Shown piece by piece: positions 26,354 through 36,085 of a DNA stretch of 64,000 nt. This DNA comes from Macrostomum lignano (taxonomy: Eukaryota). Both the position numbers and the translations under genes were made by a program. The stretch covers positions 496,001 through 560,000 of the forward strand of contig NIVC01000173.1 in assembly GCA_002269645.1 (NCBI GenBank), read 5' to 3'. Positions within the stretch are counted from its first letter, which is position 1; every line of letters starts with the position of its first letter. A model generated the notes under the pieces. That model was not told the origin of the DNA. It saw only the letters and a program-made list of their open reading frames with translations, and searched no databases.

Positions 26354-28726
26354 TCACAGCAGCTCGCATCCGCAGCAGCAGGTCTGTGGGTAATTCTCAA
26401 TGTACACCTTCCTGTCGTCTCCATACACGAAGTACTGGAACTGCTTGTCCTTCCACTGGCAGTCGCACTGGAACACTGGCACTCCGCGAATCACGTGATT
26501 CTGCATCCAGATCCGACCGGTTTGAGCCAGCGCCCGGTGTTCTTGGATGATACTGGCAGACTGCTCATTGACCTGCGGCTCCGGGAACGACTGGATCGGG
26601 CTCAGCTGCGGCTGAGTGTCCTCAAAAAGTACCTGTAGTTTTAATTATACGAGCGTTTAATAAAATTGTATTTAGAACAAAATCGATCACATGCGCGTCT
26701 ACCCTTAAAGTGGCCACACACCGTTCCCTGCACGCCTCGAATGAGATGATCCGGCAGTGGCGTTCTCTCCAAAATAAAATCCCTGATGTTCGTCTTGTAG
26801 ACGATGGTCATCTGCACGAAGCATTTCACCTGGCCTGTGGCTTCGCAGGTGGGGCAGTGGATTCGGCCCTGACCGCGGCAGTGAAAGCAGCTCCTCCTGC
26901 CGGAGCCGTGGCAGAAGCTGCACGCGCTGCGTTCTTCACCGATGCTCCGTTGACCGGAGCCGTGGCAGCTGCTGCAGCGTGTCCGGCCCCAGCCCATGCA
27001 GCGCAGACAGGTGATCAGTCTGCTGCCGCCGCAGCCGTGACAGGTTCGCACTGACGCCGTGTGCGGCACTTCGCATTTCAGAGTGACATCCTTGAACAGC
27101 TCCGGTTTGGCTAGCTGGAATGTTGGATCAGGTGAAAAGATACGTCAGTAGATAAGTCCTTTCGGTTACTGACGCTTGTATACTCGGATGCTGCATATGG
27201 ACGGATGCTGCATATCTATTTTTATATTGTCTCTTCTCGACTCGCTTGGCGTCAAATTTAATGTAATCACAGTAGAGCTACCAAGGAAGATTCTCTCTAC
27301 AATTGTTTCTGCTGTGTTGGATTGGAGAGACGCAGGCACACGAAATTCAAGAAAACGGATCAAATTTTTGTTTTGAGCACCTTCTCAATTAATAATTACA
27401 GTCGCTAGCCCTCCAGATCGTCGAGATATCCAACAATTCTGTTAGAATGTCGAATTTATCTCATAAACACTAGTGTATTCAATACACCCATGTGCGTCAA
27501 TCAGTACGATCATCGTCACCTTCTGGAACTTCAACAGGTGGCATCATGGGACTAAAGGCACCCTGTTGGGAATTTCTCTGATTTCGGTAATCAAGCGCGA
27601 CATTGGGCAAGTCTCAACTACAAATTATCTTCAAATTATCTTTCAAGCAATCAGTCATCATCCTGACGGCGTCGACGCCTTCAACAAGGGGGGCACCGAG
27701 TGACTTCTGTTTGTTCTATGGGTAGAAAAATGGCTTGGCATTCCTACTGTTAAGTACATTCCAGTTAGACCACTATAAGCTCAGTAGCGGTTGCACTTGC
27801 ATGCAGTGCTGATGCTGTGAAGGGTAGCCATTTTTTAAGCTGTATGGGAACTCTGAACCTTCATGAACCTTCTAAACCTGCTGATGTTTTACCTGGATTT
27901 CCCAAGGAGCCGGAGGAGCCCCGTTAATTGGCCCGTCTATTGTTTGACCGGGGTGGTATGCCTCCGATGCCCAGTCTGTTGAACGCGTCTCGACGAACGT
28001 CTTTAGCATGTAGTGCACAGCCGTGCTGGCCTGCAGGTTTTTAAATATTAACTCCCTTGCCGCGCCCTTGCCCCAGCAGAGCTTCGAGTCGGCCAAGGCT
28101 ATCAGAGCGTCGCGCGCTTCCGTCTCGCTGATCTTCGCGGTTGGCGCAATCTCCTCCAACGAGTGACTGCTCGTTGCCTGCTGGTAGGACGGCGGCGGCG
28201 CAACGAAGTTCACGCTTGGCGACAGGATTTCGTCGTATCCTGCCGGCGGTGGCGCGATTCAAGTTGCATGGGAAATCAAAATAAAATTGGTTAAGAATAT
28301 GAAGCTGGATTGTTTTAATCACCTTGGATTTTTTCCATATCCTGAATTGGCGGTGCAGTAGCTGGCAAAAGGAGCTTTTTCGTCGCCTCCACTATCAAGT
28401 GGCATCTCACCTACACCAACGGGTTCACCTCCAGCCTGCGATGGACCACCGTACGGTCCCGGTTGGTCCAGGTGTAGCTCCGTACGGTCCCGGTTGTCCA
28501 GGTGGAGCTCCGTATACGGTCCCGGTTGTCCAGGTGGAACTCCGGACCCGGTTGTCCACGGTCCCGGTTGTCCAGGTGGAGCTCCATACGGTCCCGGTTG
28601 TCCAGGTGGAGCTCCATACGGACTCGGTTGTCCAGGTGGAGCTCCGTACGGACCCGGTTGTCCAGGTGGAGCTCCGTACGGTCCAAGTGGTGCACCGTAC
28701 TGCGGATTCTGATGCTGCGGCTGCAT
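26354..28726 (-). CDS. SSUH2: SSUH2-like protein, cluster gene 5; exon 1 frameshifted as assembled (exons 28726-28323, 28239-27893, 27114-26722, 26632-26354)
   Basis: Exons 2-4 are intact and end CCCGCELL*. Exon 1 holds 30-nt PYGAPPGQPG repeats and is 404 nt (3n+2), whereas all paralogues are 3n+1. Confidence 0.75.
27330..27510. repeat. Interspersed repeat of unknown class, copy 2 (in gene 5 intron 2)
   Basis: Aligns with 14975-15150. Confidence 0.65.
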
Positions 28727-29532
28727 ATGATTTTTGGTATTGAACTTATACAGTCGAACACCTTAATTTTTTTCAGTATATAGTGTTTCTGGTAGAACTA
28801 GTAAACCGTTCTCTCTCCAATGATCCGTTTTTATGTTTAAACTTAATACTGTTTTATATTTGCCTCTGTCCTTTCCTCTCCTTGGCCAAACGCCTCCCTG
28901 TCTCTCCTGTCTCTCTCCCAGATCAAGCTGTACACTGTGACTCCTCTCCCTCCCTCTTTCTCCCTCGATCCTCTTGGTATTTCAGCGGACATACATGCGA
29001 TATTGCTTTCCTCTCCCCTAAAGCTGATGCACACTACTTCAGAATAGAAGACGGCTTTATGTCAGGCATGTCCCTAGGCAAAGTAAATGAACAAAAATTA
29101 TAGTATTCTTTGCGACGGCACGGCAGTCTGCACCAGACCGGCCCAACGATTGTGCCTGCACTCATCCGAACTGCCTAGACTGCTCGAGCTACAGGACGAG
29201 AGCTATCATCAGTAATATACTGAATATACGAGGCTAGTACTATTAAATTAAGGCCAAGTGAATGTCAAGTCAGGCCTTCTGTTGCCGCAATTTTCAGAGC
29301 AGTAATGGGCAATATGGATCCCTGCGGTGGAGCCCCCTTTCGGGCTGATCCGCGGTAAGCCCCTGGCTTTCCTACCCCGTTTAAGAAGAAGAATGGACAA
29401 TATGGAACTGTAGAAATCCAGCTGGGAAAGTTCCAAACTAGTTGTTAATTTGCTGAATGACTATGGAATTCTAATGGGTATGATAGCACACCCACATGGG
29501 TATGATCATATGGATATGATCATGGGTATGAT

Positions 29533-30150
29533 AGCACCAGAGGCGCCAGCACCAGAGGCGCCAGCACCAGAGGCGCCAGCACCAGAGGCGCCAGCACCAG
29601 AGGCGCCAGCACCAGAGGCGCCAGCACCAGAGGCGCCAGCACCAGAGGCGCCAGCACCAGAGGCGCCAGCACCAGAGGCGCCAGCACCAGAGGCGCCAGC
29701 ACCAGAGGCGCCAGCACCAGAGGCGCCAGCACCAGAGGCGCCAGCACCAGAGGCGCCAGCACCAGAGGCGCCAGCACCAGAGGCGCCAGCACCAGAGGCG
29801 CCAGCACCAGAGGCGCCAGCACCAGAGGCGCCAGCACCAGAGGCGCCAGCACCAGAGGCGCCAGCACCAGAGGCGCCAGCACCAGAGGCGCCAGCACCAG
29901 AGGCGCCAGCACCAGAGGCGCCAGCACCAGAGGCGCCAGCACCAGAGGCGCCAGCACCAGAGGCGCCAGCACCAGAGGCGCCAGCACCAGAGGCGCCAGC
30001 ACCAGAGGCGCCAGCATTAGAGGCGCCAGCATTAGAGGCGCCAGCATTAGAGGCGCCAGCACCGGAGGCGTCAGCACCAGAGGCGCCAGCATTAGAGGCG
30101 CCAGCATTAGAGGCGCCAGCATTAGAGGCGCCAGCATTAGAGGCGCCAGC
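29533..30150. repeat. 15-bp minisatellite (agcaccagaggcgcc), about 41 copies
   Basis: Near-perfect tandem unit, with agcattag variants at the 3' end. Confidence 0.97.
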
Positions 30151-30431
30151 CTAAAGATTGCAGAAGAAAAGCATAAAACAAGACGGCCCTCTGCTTCAGG
30201 CTCGCTATCGAGGCGCTAAATGTACTTGAAACTGTAAAAAGATAAATGGTTGTATTATTTATTCATACAGTGCACGCATTCGTACACACATACAATGATT
30301 TCCAAGCCATATCACAGTTACACGATTCAAAAGCCGATATTTACAAAACTCCTTCGATAAAAAAGAGTACGAAATCTATTCGTAGCAGAAAAGTCAGCTA
30401 TAAATGTGTAATGACTCTTGCACGTCTCAAC

Positions 30432-33400
30432 TCAAAGCAGCTGGCAGCCACAGCAGCATCTCTGCGGGTACTCGTCCGCGTAAACTTTCCGGTTTTCTCC
30501 ATACACAAAGTACTGGAACTGCTTGTCCTTCCACTGGCAGTCGCACTGGAACACTGGCACTCCGCGAATCACGTGATTCTGCATCCAGATCCGACCGGTT
30601 TGGGACAGGGCCCGGTGCTCTTGGATGATGCCGGCAGACTGCTCATTGACCTCCGGCTCGGGGAACGACTGGATCGGGTTCAGCAGCGGTTGAGTGTCCT
30701 CGAATAGGATCTGAAGTTTACAAAGTTTACACAAAAGTTCATCTGCAATAGACTGACTTCACCGTTATCCAATTTTTTAGATTTTAGCCTTGCTCAGCGG
30801 TAAACGGGTCCGACTATCTCACCACGACCCCTGGTTCGATTCCGTACACGTCCGCATTGTTTTGGGACAATTTTGGACAAGTTCCAGGACGGTCAAACTA
30901 TTCACACTCATGAGGGCCAACTCCTACAGCAGAGAGTTTACGATTTGACGGTTGGAAAGTCAGGGCCGCTGTACACCCTGTCTGAGCGTGCGTCCCAGCG
31001 TACAGTATTGGCGCGCTTGTATGTGCCAAGGAGTCCGCGGAGCGGGCAGAAATGCCTCAGCACTGATTGCGGGACGATGTCACCGAAGGCAAGGTTCACG
31101 GGGGGATTGCTAAAATGCCGTGGCTCCTGGGGGGAGAATGGCTTAAAGGGTGCTGATATTTTAGGCTAGACAGCTGGCCAAACTTCCCAAATCCCAAAGT
31201 TCTCCAAAATCCCAGACTTCCCATTTCAGGGTTGATGTTTGTTTTTTTGCACGAGCGTAAAAACTTTTGATCCTAAGAGGAATTTTTATTCTTTGTTGCC
31301 TCCCCAATGGGGTGGGGAGAAGATTGTTATTCAGCAACAAAGACTATACAAGAAGTTGTAGTCAGGTTTTGATAATAATAATAATTAATAATAATTGACT
31401 ACACCTGCCCCAAACAACAGCTCAGCCGCAGCTATTGCGCGGCGCATCTGAAGGCTGCGTACGGCTGTTCAGTCCAAGGACTGGGGGTCGCCATACACCC
31501 TCAATTATCCCAGCTATTACTGGGAGCCATTTTACAGCTGGGTGAACTGAAGCAATGCAGAGTTAAGTGTTTTGCTCAAGGACACAAACTGTTCCGAGTG
31601 GAATATCGGGAAACGAACCCTCAACCGTGAGTCCGACGCTCTAACCACTAGGCTACAACCTCCTTTGAACAATTGTCAGTTGTAGGGGAGAAGCATTAAC
31701 GAAATGATAAATTTAACCTTTTGATGGTTGTGAAATGGTCTTATTGTGAAATGATTCTCAGTGAGGATCATTTGGCTTTAATTTTCAGTCAATTTGTCGG
31801 CTAACAAAATTGCAGCATGCGCAGTGAACTGTCGTAGACTCTGTTTGCGGAGGCCTCTCCACACAGCGACAAACCTCTCTTACCAGTCCGGAGACCTCGC
31901 GAATCAGCTGATTTGGCAGCAGCGTTCTCTCCAGAATGAAATCTTTCGCCCGAGTCTTGAAAGTGACAGTTAACTTGACGAAATATTTCACCTGCCCGGC
32001 GGCCTCACAGACAGTACAGGTGGTCCGACCTCTACCGTGGCAGCGTTCGCAAATTCGCTGCCCGTTGCCGTCGCACACGTAGCAGATCCGTCTGGGCTCG
32101 TCGTGGTGAAATCCCCGCGTCGCCCCGGTGCTGTTGCAGGAGTAGCAGCGGTGACGGCCCAGGCCGCTGCAGCTGGAGCAGAGGACGCTGCCGCAGCCGT
32201 GGCACCGGTGACAGACGCGCACAGACGCGGTGTGAGGCACCTCAACGTTGATGACAGTGTCGCGAAACATTTCCGGCGTGCGGACCTGTCGATTTAGAAG
32301 TTGCAAAGGACTGGGGTCAGACAACTAGATAGATCTCACAAAAAAGCTCAGTGCTTGGACTCAAGAGGTAGTCTATCGCTATTGCTTCTAAAGTTTCCCA
32401 GGATGGCAGGAACGAAAAATGCATCTTTATAGATTAAGACTTCATCTGTAGGCTGTCACTAGGATAAGGTCGCTAGTTGATGTGCATTTTTTTCGTTGAT
32501 TTTGGATGTTCCGATGATAACTATGGCCAAATCCCGTCTCGAATTATCTCGAGATCCGGTCCCATCCCGTCCCGTACCGTCCCGTCCCGTTCCGTCCTGT
32601 CCCGACTCCAAAAAGTTTGTCCTGTCCGAGCAGACAGCTACAGCTGCCTGACGACACGGTCGATTGTGCGTCTCCTTTGACAGAATATAGCGTAAAAGTG
32701 ATTCTCAAAGCTCGCAAAGCTTCATATTGCAAAGGAGTAATTTTTTTCGGAATTAAAACCTTTTTGAACTTCCTACTGGTAAGCATTACATAGAGCACTT
32801 GGGTTTGATCTTCACTCACCAGTTGAATTTTTTACGTCTTGAAATCTTTAAATTTTTACTTCTTATCGTAGTGAACCTATATTTATGCGATAGGTAAAGT
32901 CAAACTTAAAAGGACGTTGTTACATTTATTAACACCTAGCTGCCTTCACCCTATTAAAACCTATGAAAGTAGCACACAGGAATTTTATATACGAGCGTAT
33001 TAATAACCGACCTCAATATCCCAGGGCGGCGGCGGGACGCCATTTTGCGGTCCATCAATAATCTGGCCTCGGAACGGTTCCGACGCCCAGTCCGTTGCTC
33101 GCGTCTCTAAAAATGTCTTTACCATGTAGTGCACAGCTGTAGTCTGAGTTAGGCTCTTGATGAGCATATCCTCAGCTGCTCGCTTACTCCAGCAGCATTT
33201 CGACTTGGCCAAACCAATTAATAATTGCCTGGCCTCCATTTCTGTGAGACTGCTGCCGGAGAGAAAGTTCTCAACTGTACTGGTGGCCAGGTTGCTGATT
33301 GCTTCTTGGTAGGAGGGCGGCGGGGCCACGTAGGCTACGTGGGGTTGTAGGATTTCGTCGTAGCCTGTAAATGGTCGTTTGATGGGACGAGATTTGACGG

Positions 33401-34122
33401 CGACGTGCATCTGGATAATACATTTTCTGTCATGCCCTAAAAAGGCGTTGCCCTTGTCTAGCGCCCCGAGAAGAAATTATGGTCAGTTTACCATAAATCT
33501 CATTAGCAATGGATCAGCAACTTACAGTAATTTAGCACAAAAACAAAACGAATATACAAGATGTGTGTCAAGCCAAGTTTAAAAAGGACATTTTGTTGAC
33601 TAGCAACTTATTTAATATGAATATATTTTGTTAAGTTGAATATATTTTACACGTAAGCGTCCTCTAAAACCAAGGGTTATCCTAAGTAGGCAGTCAGTTA
33701 ATAATAGTCTACATGTAACTAGCTACCTGTAAGATCTGTACATGTTTCCAAAGTTAAAGCTCACCAGAGATTTTCTCCATCTCGTTGTAAGGTGGAGCAC
33801 TGGGTGTTGGTGGCTCTTCCGGCGGCAATTCGCAATTAATCGCACTGATGGTACTCGCCGACTCAAACCAGTAATCTGAGCTATTATGAGCTCGAATTTG
33901 GTCGCGCAAATTCTGTTGCTGCCGCTGCTGCTGCGGTGGTGGCGGCGGCGGGGGCGGCGGCGGCGGCTGTGGCGGCAACTGCATGCCGTGCTGCTGACCG
34001 TTGTTACTCCACCGACCGCTATGTGGCTGCATCGGAATGGGCTGGTACTGACCGTAGGTACTCGGTTGAATGTTTTCATAACCCGGCGGCTGCACCAGAG
34101 GACGATTTTGATCAGTGGACAT
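30432..34122 (-). CDS. SSUH2: SSUH2-like protein, cluster gene 6 (exons 34122-33765, 33364-33012, 32285-31884, 30710-30432)
   Basis: Same layout, with poly-Pro/Gln exon 1, PSAPPY, PPSY, KSKCCWS, CxxC repeats and CCCGCQLL*. Confidence 0.92.
30786..31000 (+). mobile_element. tRNA-derived SINE family B
   Basis: Box A/B-like tgctcagcggt...ggttcgattcc. The tail gaaagtcagggccgctgtacaccctg recurs at about 47705-47750 and 63483-63535. Confidence 0.5.
31375..31656 (-). mobile_element. tRNA-derived SINE family A, copy 2 (gene 6 intron 3)
   Basis: The minus strand starts gtagcctagtggttagagcgtcggac...ggttcg (Pol III box A/B), has a core gtgtccttgagcaaaacacttaac, and ends in a (tta)n tail. Confidence 0.8.
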
Positions 34123-34819
34123 TTTCACGTGGACTTCAAATTCACAAGATTGCACAAAGTATCCAGCTATTTCGCGGTGCAGTGTGTAGTATAATTTTAC
34201 CTGCGGTTCTCCTTAGTTTGCTACTATTTTATCTGTAAGACTTGCACACCTTTTTTACCTGTGCAATCGCAGCTTAGACAGTACTCTGTTCTCTGCTCGC
34301 TATCGTTTGCTCTTCTTATCCATGGGCGCCAGTGTCCTATACCGGTTTCGGCGCCTTTGGCACACAGTTCTGTGCTCACTACAGCCAAACAAGATCGCTG
34401 TGGGGGCAGAGCAAGCACTTCAAATGTACCAGTTCAATCTGGCTTAGCGTGGGTACTCTTCCACATTACTGTACGCTTGAGAACTTTTCTGAGCAGCCAA
34501 CAATGAAAGCAAGGGAGGCAGAGAGAGAGGGAGAGAGAGAGAGAGAGAGAGAAACTTCTCTACCAGTGGCTCGACGTTTTGGTTTTTTTTCCGAGCTCTA
34601 CAGTACAGACGACTTAATAGAGTCAAAACAATGGTAGCTCAACTTCTATCATTACTAGTAATTCGTCTACTTTAGCTTACAGCCTAAAACAAAGCTACTA
34701 ATGGGCAAAGAAATTTTTATTTAACGTGCTAATGAACTTTAAGTTACTTACCAAATTATTTACTGCTTTTTTGTCTACTACCTTGACTAACAACAAACAA
34801 CAACAACAAAATACACATC

Positions 34820-35640
34820 GCGCCGGGCACGAGTACGAGCTCGTAGCCCAATGGCGCCAGAAATGGCTTTATACTTAAACGCCGCATGAGTCGGGCGGCA
34901 TCTGGAGAAGCATCTTTGTGTGCTCGGCTACGCGAAAGACATCGCGTTGCTGTCTTCAAGACTCGAAGGCGCCTATCGGCTGCTGGATGGTTTGACGAAA
35001 GCGGCAAAGAGAGTCGGCCTCACGCTGAAAACGCAGAAGACTGAAGTATTCACTATGCCGCTGGACCTACCTGCTGAGATCACGTACAGAGATGCTGCCG
35101 GGAATGAGACACCGCTTCCACGCTACCAGAATTTTGTGTACCTCGGCGAACGTCGCTGGACATCGCCAGAAACATAAGAAGGAGACGCGGGCTGGCCCGG
35201 GCCGCCTTTTGCTCGGTGCACTCGGAGCTACGATCTGAGGCTCTGGATGACAGGATCAGGGCTCAGCTGCTTCGGGCAGTTGTTGAGACTATTCTGCCTA
35301 CAACGCTGAGACCTGGAGCCTGACGGATGCACTGGAAAAGCAGCTGGACGCCGTGCACTCTGCGATACTACACTCTGCGTTTGGCGTGCGCTGCAGTATG
35401 AGCTAGAAGTCAAACATCGGGCTCTACACTAGGGCCCCTCTAAGGCGGCCTTCTGACCTGCTGCGCAAGAGGCGACTCAGGCTGGCCACGTTATCCGGTC
35501 GGAAATTTGCTGCCTCAAGCCGTTACACGACCTGCTGTTGTGGACGGCGCAGGGTCCGAGGAGACGAGGCCAAGGGCGAACGATGAGCTATCCCGAGCTG
35601 CTTCTGAAGGCTTTGAGAGCCCCCGTTCCTGACTAGGGGA
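34820..35640 (+). mobile_element. Degenerate RTE-type LINE fragment
   Basis: VLGYAKDIALLSS...GLTLKTQKTEV...FVYLG, then YNAETWSLT...KQLD and LAGHVIR in shifted frames. Related to 19750-20590. Confidence 0.8.
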
Positions 35641-35951
35641 GCTGAATTTTTCAGAAGTGCAGCCCAAAGGCGTGTGTTCTGACACCCTCACCTTGATTAA
35701 CTACGAGTACGAGCGTAGAAAGCAATCTTTGAGCAACTTCATGTGCAGTGCATGCAATATCGAAAAAAACTGTAGCAAAATAACCTTTTTTGGATATATA
35801 AATAAAAAGTTAAATGATCGTATATTTATTGTGATCAGCTTTTTTCAACTTTTCTTCCACTGATATGACCGCATGACAACTGCATTGAGCCCCAAATGCC
35901 TTAGTTTAGTTACAAAGACTAGTCAGGATTTTATATCTCTGCCTGCCTTGC

Positions 35952-36053
35952 TTACTGTCGCCTGAGGTTGTTCAATCTGGTTTCGAGGTCGTCTAGATCG
36001 GCTCCACCGCCACCGCCGCCACTGCCGCCACCTCCGCCGCCGCCACCGCCGCC

Positions 36054-36085
<32 letters not shown>

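Noticed and set aside
29450-30154. 234-aa (PEAPA)n ORF and its antisense (LAPLV)n ORF
   Set aside because: Stop-free read-through of a 15-bp array, with no unique coding sequence or splice context.
30786-30850. Possible tRNA gene (also 37398-37470)
   Set aside because: Box A/B-like motifs are present but I could not form an acceptor stem or cloverleaf. At 30786 it continues into sequence repeated elsewhere, so a SINE head is more likely.
3169-32297. Many plus-strand ORFs overlapping SSUH2 exons (e.g. 7277, 11775, 12497, 22368, 26710, 30246, 32037)
   Set aside because: Antisense shadows of GC-rich exons. They recur only because the exons are paralogous.
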